The position numbers were made by a program, and so were the translations under genes. DNA of 64,000 nt from NCBI GenBank assembly GCA_964016885.1, contig OZ024744.1:60264001-60328000 (forward strand), given 5' to 3'. Of the stretch, positions 50,418 through 62,084 are shown in pieces. The notes below the pieces were generated by a model. It was not told the DNA's origin. It did no database searches and was given only the letters and a program-made list of their open reading frames with translations. Source of the DNA: Eledone cirrhosa (lineage: Eukaryota). Each line of letters opens with the position of its first letter. The stretch's first letter is position 1.

Positions 50418-53400
50418 CGGCGGCTAGTGCGCTCTGCGAAACAACATCTAACCGCTACTTTTTCATTGAGGACCTGCTGTCAGGTAGAGCTTTTCTGGTT
50501 GACACAGGTGCAGCTTGTTCCGTATGGCCTGTGTGTTGTATGAAGGAGACTCCCCCTGAGACGCCTATTGAGTTGCAGGCAGTAAATTGTTCGCCGATTC
50601 GAACTTTCGGACAAATCTCGTTACCTTTGCAGTTTCGTAATCTGCGGCGCGAGTTTAAATGGATATTTACTGTCGGTGCCTTGCCGTATCCGATTCTAGG
50701 CGCGGATTTTCTCCACCATTTTTCATTGACGGTGGACCTTCGTCGTAAACGCCTAATTGATGGCATCACGGGATTAACTGTTGTTGGCAAGGTAGCAGGA
50801 GTTCCAACGGTTAGCCCGACATTTTTTCTTGCTAACACCGGTGATCCTTTCCATGCGTTGTTGAACTCGTTCCCGCAACTGACTCGGGGGAATTTTCGAT
50901 TTGATGAACCAACTCATACCACGGAGCACTTCATATCTACAACTGGTGCTCCCGTTTTCTCTCGCCCTCGTCGCTTGCCTCCGGACAAACTCAAAGCAGC
51001 ACGATCAGAATTTGATCATATGCTGCAAATGGGGATTATTCGTCCGTCCACGAGCCCGTGGGCGTCCCCATTGCACGTGGTACCGAAAGCGACTGGTGAT
51101 TGGAGACCTACTGGAGATTATCGACGCTTAAATTCGATAACGGAACCGGACCGTTATCCTATCCCTCATCTGCAAGACTTTGCGCCTTCGTTGCAGGGAT
51201 GCAAGATATTCTCCAAACTGGATTTAATTCGTGCGTACCATCAAATTCCTGTCCATAAAAATGACATTCCAAAAACGGCTATAGTTACGCCATTTGGGTC
51301 TTTCGAGTTTTTGACTATGCCGTTCGGATTAAGGAATGCCGCTAGTACTTTTCAGCGGTTTATGGATGAGGTTACTCGCGGCCTCGATTTCGTCTATACC
51401 TATATTGACGATCTGCTCATTGCTAGTTCTTCTCCAGAGCAGCATACGCACCATTTGAATCTTCTTTTCCGCCGATTGAAGGCGTATAACGTGCAGCTTA
51501 ATGCACCCAAATGTGTTTTTGGTGCTGAGTCACTGACTTTCTTGGGTCACGTCATCGATGCTGACGGAATTCGACCCCGGCCTGAGCGAGTTAAGGTCAT
51601 AGAGGATTTGCCTCCACCGACCTCACTACGTCAGTTACGCCAGTTCTTAGGTCTGGTTAACTTTTATAGGCGTTTCGTGCCAAATTGTGCCAAGTTGCTT
51701 TTCTCCCTGACAGAAATTTTGAAAAATTGTCGGAGGAAGAACAAAGATATTTCTTTGACAGACACTCAACTTGCTGATTTTCAGCACGCAAAATCTGTTT
51801 TGGCTAATGCTTCGTTACTGACTCACCCGGTACCCGGTGCAAAGCTAACGCTTTGTGTTGATGCATCGGATATCGCTGTGGGCGCAGTACTACAGCAAAA
51901 CATCAATGGTTACCAGCAACCGCTGGAGTTTTTTTCCAAAAAGCTAAATCCTGCTGAGACGCGCTACAGCACCTTTGGAAGAGAGCTTTTAGCCATCTAT
52001 TTGGCCGTGAAACATTTTTCACATGTGCTAGAGGGTAGACAATTTACTATCCTCACTGACCATAAACCATTGACTTTTGCTTTGAGAGCGAAGGCTGATA
52101 AATACTCGCCCAGAGAGACGAGACACCTTGATTTCATCTCGCAATATACGAGTGATATCCAGCACATTCCGGGTTCACTAAATACAGCGGCCGATGCTTT
52201 GTCCCGCTTGCCCGTGACAGCGATCTCGTCATCCTCTGACATAGATCTGACTCGTTTGGCTGCGGATCAGCCTCCCCTTGAGTCATTGGATGTCACATCG
52301 CCCGAGTTTGCGAATTGCGAGATGAAATACTTGCCTCTGTCGACTGCAGTTGGCCAAATTCTCTGCGACGTCTCTTTGGACGTGCCTAGGCCCTTCGTTC
52401 CAGAGAATCATCGTCGGACCGTGTTTCTGGGATTACATTGTATCTCGCATCCAGGATCTTCTGCCACAGCAAAGCTCATATCAGCTAGATTTTTCTGGCC
52501 AAATATGAGGCGTGAAATTGCTGCTTGGTGCCGTTCCTGCGTCGCTTGCCAGAGATCAAAGGTCCATCGACACGTCAATGCTCCCCTGGGTACCTTTGCT
52601 AACCCAGATGCGCGTTTTTCGCATATTCATATTGACATAGTGGGACCTTGGCCTGTCAGCGATGGTTTTTCTTATCTACTTACCGTCATTGACCGTTTTT
52701 CGAGATGGCCTGAGGCCATCCCCTTGAAAAACATCACCGCGGAGACAACAGCACGTGCTCTTGTGTCTGGATGGATCTCTCGTTATGGAGTTCCATCCAC
52801 AATAACTACCGACCGTGGCCGACAGTTCGAGTCGAGCCTTTTCCTCGAGCTGTCAAAAATAATTGGTGCTAAACGCATTCGAACTATGGCATACCATCCC
52901 GCTTCGAATGGTATGGTGGAGCGTTTTCACCGCCAACTGAAGGCCTCCTTAATGGCCTCAATGGACTCGGCGCATTGGAGCGAGTACCTCCCTATTGTGC
53001 TACTAGGGATTCGGTCAACGGTGAAGGTCGACTTTGGATTTTCACCGGCCGAAGTACTGTACGGTGCCCCTCTGACGTTGCCCGGGCAAATGCTTGCCCC
53101 TATCGATCTTGATGCCCAAGATCACGCTTCCTACGTGTCCCGTTTGCGCTCCTATTTCCAGGATTTGCCGCCAATGGACACTAGGAAACAATCTGTCAAG
53201 ACTGCTGTCCCGAGGGATATTGCCTCGTGGACGCATGTCTTTGTAAGGAATGATACGGTGAAGCCCCCGCTCACACAGCCTTACACTGGACCTTACCGTG
53301 TCTTAGCGCGCTCGGCTAAGCATTTCACGTTAGATATTAAGGGGTCCAGGGTGACAATTACATTAGACAGGCTTAAGCAGGCGCACCTTGATACGGACGC

Positions 53401-53560
53401 TGTGGTTCCTGATCCACGAACCCCTTCGTATTTGCCTGTTCCTGATCCACCATCATCGCCTGTCCCTACACCACCACCATCGCCACGTTACAAGACCACG
53501 ACCCGTTCAGGTCGTAGGGTCCACTGGCCCAAAAAACTGTGCAGCACCGTCTATATTTAG
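50381..53560 (+). CDS. pol: Pol polyprotein of element B (protease-RT-RNase H-integrase), likely entered by -1 frameshift at ~50393
   Basis: 1059-codon open frame with VDTGA, YIDD, RNase H (VDASD, RELLAI, TDHKPL), integrase HHCC, DDE (IDIVGP, TDRGRQF, MVERFHR) and a GPY/F motif. Confidence 0.95.
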   Translation: MCLRGKRRPESLTAASALCETTSNRYFFIEDLLSGRAFLVDTGAACSVWPVCCMKETPPETPIELQAVNCSPIRTFGQISLPLQFRNLRREFKWIFTVGALPYPILGADFLHHFSLTVDLRRKRLIDGITGLTVVGKVAGVPTVSPTFFLANTGDPFHALLNSFPQLTRGNFRFDEPTHTTEHFISTTGAPVFSRPRRLPPDKLKAARSEFDHMLQMGIIRPSTSPWASPLHVVPKATGDWRPTGDYRRLNSITEPDRYPIPHLQDFAPSLQGCKIFSKLDLIRAYHQIPVHKNDIPKTAIVTPFGSFEFLTMPFGLRNAASTFQRFMDEVTRGLDFVYTYIDDLLIASSSPEQHTHHLNLLFRRLKAYNVQLNAPKCVFGAESLTFLGHVIDADGIRPRPERVKVIEDLPPPTSLRQLRQFLGLVNFYRRFVPNCAKLLFSLTEILKNCRRKNKDISLTDTQLADFQHAKSVLANASLLTHPVPGAKLTLCVDASDIAVGAVLQQNINGYQQPLEFFSKKLNPAETRYSTFGRELLAIYLAVKHFSHVLEGRQFTILTDHKPLTFALRAKADKYSPRETRHLDFISQYTSDIQHIPGSLNTAADALSRLPVTAISSSSDIDLTRLAADQPPLESLDVTSPEFANCEMKYLPLSTAVGQILCDVSLDVPRPFVPENHRRTVFLGLHCISHPGSSATAKLISARFFWPNMRREIAAWCRSCVACQRSKVHRHVNAPLGTFANPDARFSHIHIDIVGPWPVSDGFSYLLTVIDRFSRWPEAIPLKNITAETTARALVSGWISRYGVPSTITTDRGRQFESSLFLELSKIIGAKRIRTMAYHPASNGMVERFHRQLKASLMASMDSAHWSEYLPIVLLGIRSTVKVDFGFSPAEVLYGAPLTLPGQMLAPIDLDAQDHASYVSRLRSYFQDLPPMDTRKQSVKTAVPRDIASWTHVFVRNDTVKPPLTQPYTGPYRVLARSAKHFTLDIKGSRVTITLDRLKQAHLDTDAVVPDPRTPSYLPVPDPPSSPVPTPPPSPRYKTTTRSGRRVHWPKKLCSTVYI
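50393..50436 (+). promoter_or_regulatory. Putative -1 programmed ribosomal frameshift signal (element B)
   Basis: Slippery G_GGA_AAA in gag frame, a 6-nt spacer, then the hairpin CAGAG-T-CACTA-(8 nt)-TAGTG-CG-CTCTG. Pol is in the -1 frame. Confidence 0.75.
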
Positions 53561-53788
53561 ACTATGTTAGCTGCGCCTTTTTTTTTGCCTCTGTGTTTCT
53601 GCTATTCCTTTGCCTTGTTTTTTTTATGCATGCATGTCGTTTTTTTTTTTAACATTTTTCAAATACTTATTCTGGATTCAATTTTTGCTAGAGCGGATAG
53701 CTCCCCCTTGTTGCATTGTTCGCCATCTTACTCCACATGTGAGTAATGACATCGATTTTCAATAATTTGAAAATCTGGCTCGAGGTAC

Positions 53789-54014
53789 TGTAGTAAGACG
53801 CCTCACGCTCTTTGATAGAACAACGCCGGTTGAGAACGCCAGAAAGAAAAGACAGACAGCCACTGGAAAGCCGACGGATCACACGCCAGATACCAGCCTC
53901 TGTACAACACCATTGTTTGTGCTACAACAAAAAATAAACGTATATTTCATCTCTAATTTCTGCTGTTATTATGTCACTTGCATCTCGATAACATCTACAA
54001 CTAATACTGCTAAA
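53789..54014 (+). repeat. 3' LTR of element B
   Basis: Identical by eye to 48515-48740. Confidence 0.95.
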
Positions 54015-54018
54015 GACT

Positions 54019-55190
54019 CACCACGACCTCTAGTCCCAGTGGAACATCGACGAACTGTGTTTCTCGCTTTACATGGCATTTCTCACACAGGAGTATCAGC
54101 CTCAGTAAAATTCATAACAGCCAGATTTTTCTGGCCTGATATGAGACGTGACATTGCTGCTTGGTGTCGTTCCTGTGTCGCTTGCCAACAAGCGAAAGTT
54201 CATAAACATGTTAAGGCTCCTCTCGGAACCTTCACCTGTCCGGATGCAAGATTTCGTCACATTCATGTGGACATCGTCGGCCCGTGGCCGGTTAGTCGTG
54301 GTTTTTCGTATCTTTTGACGATTGTTGACCGTTTTTCGCGTTGGCCTGAAGCCGTTCCTATAACAGATATCACCGCTGAAACCACAGCCCGTACTCTCGT
54401 ATCTTCATGGATCGCTCGTTTCGGTGTACCAACCACCATAACGACGGATCGTGGTCGTCAATTTGAGTCTAACCTCTTCCGAGAATTAACCCAAATCATG
54501 GGGGCTACTCGAACAAGAACCACGGCTTACCACCCAGCCTCAAACGGAATGGTGGAAAGATTCCACAGGCAACTCAAAGCCTCCTTAAGGGCTTCCATGG
54601 ACTCTTCACGTTGGAGTGAGTACCTACCTATTGTGTTGTTGGGTATTCGATCGACGGTAAAGGTGGACCTTGGGTTCTCCTCTGCCGAATTAGTTTATGG
54701 TACTCCTCTGGCGTTACCGGGGCAAATGCTGGCCCCTTTTGACCTGACTTCGCAGGACCCCGCTTCCTACGTGTCCCGGCTTCACTCTTATTTCAAGGAT
54801 CTACCACCGATGGGCACTAGGAAGCAGACTGTAAAAACTGCCGTCCCAAGGGATATTGCCTTGTGGACACGTGTTCGTTAGAGACGACGTCGTGAGAGCC
54901 CCTCTTCAACGGCCGTACTCTGGACCCTATCGTGTGCTTGCTCGCACAGACAAACATTTCACACTGGACATTCGGGGTTCCAGGGAAACGGTTTCCGTTG
55001 ATCGTCTCAAACGAGCAAACCTGGACAATGACACAATGACACTTGAAACTCAAATGCCCCCTTCTTTTTCTTTGCCCCACATACGCCTATTTCCCCCCAC
55101 CACCACCACCACCATCAACACACAGAACTACGACCCGTTCTGGGCGAAGGGTGCATTGGCCCCGTAAGCTATGCAGTAATATAAACTGAA
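54019..55190 (+). pseudogene. pol: pol of element A, integrase part
   Basis: Resumes CDVSLD|[12 protein letters not shown], with [26 protein letters not shown] and YSGPYRV. Frameshifts at ~54875 and ~55090. Confidence 0.88.
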
Positions 55191-55619
55191 TTGTATTCTT
55201 TTTTTCTTCCAATTGTTTTTGCTGTATATGGCATTTTGTTGCTTTTTGATTCTTGACTGCCTACGGCAGTATCAATATATTATATTTTTCGTAACATTAC
55301 GACTGTTGTCAATTCTGACACAGTCCATTTTTTTAGTGTATTTTTATAGCTATGCTACATATGGCATTTTCATTGCCTAGCAAAAAAAATTTTTTTGTTT
55401 ATCGGATTTGGGGCCCCTTTATTGCGAAGAGTGTTATCTTTTCATGCATTTCGTATCTTTTGCTGTACAATTTTTTTTCTGTGTTAATGCTTGCAGACAT
55501 GAACCTATTTTTTTTTTTCATAACTTGTTGATACATGCTTCTACATTTTGTAAACTACCTTGTGGGACCTTTGCTCCATCGTTAACGATTTTTCAACAAA
55601 AAATCTGCTCCGAGGTGAA

Positions 55620-55999
55620 TGTAGTGACTGAGATGGTCGCTTAGCAACGAGCAGTTGCCTCCCCTTAACAACTCTTCAGAGAGCGGAGGCAATACACATC
55701 CGGTCACAGACGCTGGTTTGAACAGACGTGAAAGGATTCGCTCCTGATAAAATATTGACTATGCTGTCTTCGTAAAAGACGATGTGAAAATGCCCTCCTT
55801 CGGATCAAGGGCGCTACGATATCTCGACGAATAGGCATTTGCTTATGTCTGCGTTATTTCTGTACCAGAGAATATTATTACACCCTTTTTTCTATCACAT
55901 TTAATAAAAGAGTGTTAAATTGTGATTGTTCACCCCCTTTTTATTCAACAAAGAGAAACGATGAATTGTCCATTCATCGACAAACATTCGTTTCCTTTA
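55620..55999 (+). repeat. 3' LTR of element A (380 bp)
   Basis: Repeat of 44836-45267, differing mainly by indels, followed by TSD GTGC. Confidence 0.92.
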
Positions 56000-58827
56000 G
56001 TGCCTTTCAAATGATCTCTTTTGGGGTAAATATTGTGAAGGAAGGTGGATATATGCCCACTTTTAAAGTGCAGGGGCAGGTGTATCATAGAATAGGATCA
56101 CTCCAGCCTATGGCAAATCAAGATCCTCAATTTCTTCAATTGTACTTTGTTAGCAACTTCCAAGAACAAGCAACCTGGAGGAACTCCATTTCGCCTGGTA
56201 TTAACCTTGAGCTGACAATGAAACAGCAGCAGATGTTGCACACGAAAAACAGCTATGTCATCAGCTTCAAATACGTCTTGGAAACAGCAACTGCATCAAA
56301 TTTTAATGTGATAATTGATGCTGCAAAAAAGCCATCTGGGAAACATGCACGTCGCTACAATCCTCCTACATGCAATGAAATCGCTGTACTTCTCCATGGT
56401 GACCAGCACAATCCAAAAGACAATGTCCTCAGACATCAAGACAGCACCCTTCATTGAATCAGTGAAGCACACAGGTCATACAACGCGTTTCAGTATCCCC
56501 TGTTCTTTGTGAATGGGGAAGATAGTTACTACTTTGGTATCCCTCAGCATAATCCCAGAAAACCTGAAGAGCACATCGACAAATCAGTTTCCTGCATGAA
56601 CTTCTATGCATATCGCTTCATGGCCCAAGACAACTCCTTTAATCATCTGCACAATTCAAGAGAACTCTATCATCAATTTGCAGTAGATATGTGTGCTAAA
56701 ATGGAGTCAAAGAGATTGTGCTTCATAAATTCAAACCAGAAGAAGCTGCATTCTGAGAGCTACATTCACCTTCGATGCAGCTCCAGGAACCCTAGGAAAA
56801 ATCTGTATCCTACCTTCTACTTTCACTGGAAATCCCCGCTATATGCATGAGAGAACCCAAGATGCGATGACATATGTGCGGCATTATGGCAGGCCTGACC
56901 TGATATAACTTTCACTTGCAATCCTAAGTAGAAGGAGATCAAAGCCAAAATCTTCCTGGGTCAAAAGGCTAAAGATAGGCATAACCTCCTAGCCCGAGTC
57001 TTTCGACTGAAGTTAATAAACCTCATGGACCTCATCAAGAAAGGGCAGGTCTTTAGACCTGTAAAATGTGACTTGTACGCAATTGAGTGGCAAAAAAGGG
57101 GCCTTCCACATGCTCACATTCTGATTTGGCTACCAAAAAAGATCAATTCCAATAACATTGCCAACATTATCTCTGCAGAGGTTCCAGATACATCTAAAGA
57201 CAAAGACCTCTATGATATACTGAAGGCGAACATGGTGCATGGTCCATGTGGACGTGGCTTCAATCTAAACTCGCCATGTTTGAAAAACAATGGGTGCACC
57301 AAAATGTTTTTCAAGAAGTTCTTTCAAGAAACCCAGACTGGTAATGATGGATATCCATCATACAGATGAAAGAAACCATAAGATGGAGGATTTACAGCAA
57401 AGATTGGATAACACGAGGTTGATAACGAATGGATTATTCCGTACTGCCCACTTCTGTCCAAGATATTCAATGCCCATATCAATGTTGAATTTTGCAACTC
57501 CGTAAAGTCCATCAAGCACATATGTAAGTATGTAAATAAAGATTCAGATACTGCCATGTTTGGCCTTCAACAAGAAAACACCCAGGATGAGGTAACGCAG
57601 TATCAGATCAGACGATACATCAGCAGCAACAATGCTTTCTGGCACATTTTTGGCTTTCCACTACACCAAAGGCACCCTGCCATTGAACAGCTTGCAGTGC
57701 ACCTGGAAAATGACTAAAGGGTGTACTTCACCAACACTAATGCTGCTGAATTGGCAGAGGAACCAAGGGACACCACCCTTACTGCTTTCTTCAAACTTTG
57801 CAAGAAGATCCATTTGCTCAAACCTTGCTGTATCCCTAGGTGCCATCCTACTATACCTGGGATAAAAAGAAATGGACATGAAGAAAGGCAGGTCAAGCTG
57901 TTGATGGATACCCTGGCATGATGTTTGACAATTGTCTTGGGAGAGTTTACACAGTGCATCCCAGCCAACACGAGTGTTTCTATCTCCGTTTGCTACTGCA
58001 GGAGGTCAGAGGACAAAAGTGTTTCGAAAACCTAAAAACTGTTGATGAACATGCTTTAAGCATGGACTGTTAGAATATAGTGCACAATGGGATGCAACTT
58101 TGGCAGAGGCTGCTTTATCACAATCACCTAAAAGTCTCAGGGCACTATTTGCAGTATTGTTGAAAACATGTGAACTGTGTAATCCTACCTCTTTGTGGCT
58201 CAAGTATAGAGATGACCTTTCTGAGGACTTTAAATGTCAAGCACAATTGCAGTATCCTGGCATGGAAGGTATCAGTGACGAGGTCTACAACAGAGCATTA
58301 ATTGACATGGAAGAAACATCTTATGACACTGATGCTCTTGCCCAATATGTTATTGAAACTGAACCACAACTGCTCCAGACCAACAACGGGCTTACAGCAC
58401 TATTGTTGACCATGTGCGCCACCGAAAAGGAGGTGTCTTCTTCCTTGATGCACCTGGAGGGACAGGAAAAACATTTGTAACAAAGCTCTTTGTTGCCCAG
58501 TGGCAGGACAGCACACTCAACATTTAAGCTCCCTCTGAATTTAGCAACATCTGACACGCCTACATGTAACACCAGCAAGAGCTCAGACCAGAGACAAGTC
58601 CTCAGAAGGTGTCATCTCATTGTGTGGGATGAATGCACCAAGGAGCTCTGGAAGCAGTATATAGAGCCCTAAAAGATATCAGAGACTGTCAGGATCCAAT
58701 GGAAGGTGTAACACTTCTGTTGTCTGGTGATTTCAGGCAGATTCTTCCCATCATTCCCAAAGCACCAGGACAGATGAAGTCCAAGCATGCCTTAATTCCT
58801 CTCCATTGTGACAATAAGTTACAACAC

Positions 58828-58974
58828 TGTAGCGAAGCGATACCTGTCGTGTGCTTGGGGACAGCTATGCAGAGTTATCTGCACTGAGCTCTGACATCAC
58901 AAACTGACGTCACCAAATCATTCTCTCTCCGGCGGTGACTTGCGAAGGGACGACACGCATAATTTTGTGCTACA
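58828..58974. mobile_element. LTR-like fragment (TGTAGC…GCTACA) inserted in the Helitron helicase
   Basis: 6-bp terminal inverted repeat. Shares TGACGTCA and ctctc..cggtgacttg with 60150-60290. No clear TSD. Confidence 0.45.
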
Positions 58975-58989
58975 CTAAACTGCCATCTT

Positions 58990-59292
58990 GGCGGTAGAGG
59001 GTCAGACACCATGCTTTCCAGCATAGTTACGTAAAATAAAGTACCAGTAATGCACTGGGTAATTGCTGGCCTTGTGCCTAAAGTAGAAACAATTATTATC
59101 TTGGCAGTGAATTGGCAGTATCGGTAGAGGGTTGGACGCCATGCTTTCTAGCATAGTTACGTCCCTTTACAGTCTGAGTTCAAATCCCGCCGAGGTTAAC
59201 TTTTCCTTTCATCCTTTCGGGGTCGATAAAATAAAGTACCAGTAATGTACTGGGTAATTGCTGGCCTTGTGCCAAAAGTAGAAACAATTATT
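58990..59292 (+). mobile_element. Two tandem Nin/Deu-type SINE copies (first internally deleted, second near full length)
   Basis: 58990-59098 and 59102-59292, both preceded by atcttggc and ending gtagaaacaattatta. Confidence 0.85.
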
Positions 59293-60148
59293 AATAAAAT
59301 AATATATTTTATTATATACAAATTGCTTATGCTGTATTTTCTAAGAAGATATCTGATTCACTTCTGTAATGGGAATCAGGTAGCCTTCTAAAGTGGTTGA
59401 CGCCGAAAAAGAAAAAAAACACCTCTCATCTGTTAACTTTCAACTTCTCTTTCACATCTTGAACACAACATTTTTTCTATGAAAACATAAAAACGAGCAA
59501 AAACTAGTGTAATACAAAACCAAACAAAAACTATTGAGAACTAAAACAGTGCTTAACAATATTGAACATTAAAAAAAAAAAAAAAAAAAAACTTCTAAAA
59601 CACTAACATGAGAGCTCAATTGAATAGCGACCAACTGTCAGCCAAATTTGCAAAGGACATTTTGACACTATCGATGGCAAGGTGCCTCTAGATGCTGGTG
59701 GAGAAATAACAATCGGACCAGTTTGCACCATTGTTAATACTGTGGATGATCTCAATGACCAAGCGTTTCCAAATTTGAAGGAAAATTATGAAAACCACAA
59801 TTGGCTGTGAGAAAGAGCAATACTGGCTCCAAAAAACAACGCTGTTAGTGAACTTCATTAATAGCTGATGCAGTCTCTTCCTGGTAGTCTTCACACTTAC
59901 AAGTCAGTTGATACAATCCCAGATAAAACTGAAGTGGTAAATTATCCTCCAGAATTTCTCAATTAATTGGAGCCTCCAGGACTACTCCCCACATATTAGG
60001 ACTTAAAGAAGGAACTCCGGAGTAATACTGCTTCAGAATCTGGATCTGCCAAGACTCTGCAATGGGACACGACTGGTGGTAAAGAATGCGATGTCACATG
60101 TTATCGAGACCGCTATTCTTTCTGGATGTGGAAAAGGTGATGATGTAT

Positions 60149-61540
60149 TTGTGGGGCTGTCTGGGGGAGGTGACTGGAAGCTGGGGACTCTTGACCGGAG
60201 GCGGAGGAGGAGTGACGTCAGATGCATTTCTGAGGCAGCATCTGTAGGCTGCGTCTCTCGCGGTGACTTGGGAAAGACGGATGTACCAGATGAAGCTGCA
60301 GCTTGGCGAATGAATTATAAAACGAAGATTGATGCATGGCTTTGAGTGAACCAGCAAACTCGCGGTAAGTGGAATAGCTTTCTCACCACGATCGTGGGAG
60401 CCCCCGTCATACGTCTCCACTCGTGAAGAGTTTCCCTGCAGACATCCGTGACCTCACCACCCGTGTGACACAACACATGCTCATTCAGCTCCCGAAAATC
60501 CAACACTGGTGGTGAGGTCATGGATGTCTGCGGGGAAACTCTGCGCGAGTGGAGACGTAAGACGAGGTCTCCCACGATCGTCGACTTAAAGTCGGCATAT
60601 CTACAGTTATACGTGGAGGAGAAGCTGTGGCAGTATCAGCTTGTCAGGTATAAGGGCCAGACATATTGCCTGACCAGGCTCGGTTTCGGAGATAGGAGGT
60701 GTTGAGGTCGAGGATGCAGCCTGAATTAGGAAGGACGACGATTGTAACCACATCAATGTGGCCGAACTGGACGCAGTGTTGAGAGGGAGGAACCTCGCCT
60801 TGAGATGAGCGAGTCGGACCTTAAAGGGTTGCATACCATGCACCACATGGGAGTGGATAGGACCCTGTTCCTAGCCAGGAGAATCGATTCTGACGTTCGC
60901 AGAGACAGTGTCCAGAGAGTGGTCAGAGGCTGTGTCCGATGCCAGTCTATTGATCCCGCTCCGGGTGTGCACGAGTCAGGAAGTCTCCTGGTGGATCGCG
61001 ACTGGAAATGATTGGCGGTGGACGTAACGCACTACCGACAGGGAACATACCTCTCAATGGTTGATTGTGGGCGATATGGAGGGAAATGAAGATGGGAACT
61101 GCGGAGGAAATCACGCAGACGTTGAGAGAGTTATTCTTGGAGCGGGGCCCTGTGGATGAACTGCTGATGGATAATAGTGCAGCGTTCCGCTCGGAGGCGC
61201 TGAGGGAAATGCTTGATGGATGGAAGGTGGACCGCTTCTTCAGAGCAGCATACAGGCCGAGCGAAAATGGGATCGTGGAGCGACACCACCACACAATCAA
61301 AGCAATGGAGGCAGTGTTTTGGTACATGTCCCCTCGGGTGGGATAGGCTGAGGAATCGGTGCCACACAGAGCGATATATAAATACGAGTGGCGGCACCCG
61401 TGCACGGTACCACAACGGCCAGTAGAGAGAGAGAACACATTCGTACAGGTGAGCGAGGAAGTCTGGGTTAAGCCCCCAGACGCACGCTACATATCTCAAT
61501 GAGGAAAGGAAACGGTAACGGCCGTAAATTCCGTAAATTG
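60149..61540 (+). mobile_element. Rearranged, decayed Ty3/Gypsy-like element of a different family (LTR-like head, RT and integrase fragments)
   Basis: IVDLKSAYLQL…YCLTRLGFG (RT), HTMHHMGVDRT…CVRCQSIDP (HHCC), and LLMDNSAAFRSE…NGIVERHHHTIK (integrase core). Confidence 0.72.
60388..60581. repeat. Imperfect inverted repeat (79-bp arms) of RT-coding sequence
   Basis: 60388-60466 vs 60503-60581. Both strands translate as DVC(R/G)ETL(H/R)EWRR…PTIV. Confidence 0.85.
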
Positions 61541-61689
61541 ATATACACCGCAGATTAATTTCAAATAGTATCAATTTTTTCTGTAAAATCAAAGACAGGT
61601 GTAAAAATAAAATTAGAATTTTATTTCTCACCCTAGCACAGCTGATACATAAATGTAAGTATGGACATGTACACGTACACACACACACA

Positions 61690-61753
<64 letters not shown>

Positions 61754-62084
61754 TTAACTTTTCTTTCTCCTTGTTCTTTTGGTCATTTCTGTTCGTATAG
61801 ATTGTTCTAGAATTAACTTTTCTCTCTCGGAATTCCATTATGTCCGTACTTTACTTATTGGTGTTATTATTTTTCTATCTCTCTCACGTTTGAAAAGTAT
61901 GTTTACATCTCCGAAAGTTACCCAGTTCCCAGCCAGCCACCCCCACTCACCCCCATACTTATTTGGTCCAATCAAAACTCAGCAGTTTTATACTAAGGTT
62001 TCTAATACAAATCTCTATCGCAAAGCCACACTACTCATTAAGCTTAGACCTGGCTGTTGTTCGGTATGATAAATGGACTAGTGA

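Larger units (their letters stand above)
48515..54014 (+). mobile_element. Ty3/Gypsy LTR retrotransposon B (CsRn1 clade), 5.5 kb, very recent and near-intact
   Basis: 226-bp LTRs that look identical, TSD GACT (48511-48514 / 54015-54018), PBS TGGTGACCGACGT at 48742, and gag plus an uninterrupted pol. Confidence 0.96.
44836..55999 (+). mobile_element. Ty3/Gypsy LTR retrotransposon A (CsRn1/Boudicca/Kabuki clade), inactivated and interrupted by element B
   Basis: LTR pair, 4-bp TSD GTGC (44832-44835 / 56000-56003), PBS TGGTGACC at 45269, CHCC gag knuckle, and PR-RT-RH-IN order. Confidence 0.93.
44165..60148 (+). mobile_element. Decayed autonomous-type Helitron (Zn finger, Rep HUH, Pif1 helicase) hosting nested insertions
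   Basis: Head tataaaactgaggatgtg and GMCCANGKV. KYNCA|FQMISFG is rejoined across 44836-56003. Further motifs are FKVQGQVYHRIGSL, YAIEWQKRGLPHAHILIW, MVHGPCG, DAPGGTGKTF, GDFRQILP and NLDLPRLCNGTRLVV. Confidence 0.9.

Noticed and set aside
53913-54881. 322-aa ORF running from the 3' LTR of B in frame into the integrase of A, a possible chimeric gene
   Set aside because: It starts at TTG, the first in-frame ATG falls after the zinc-finger histidines, and the C-terminus is frameshifted. It is best explained as a chance in-frame junction.
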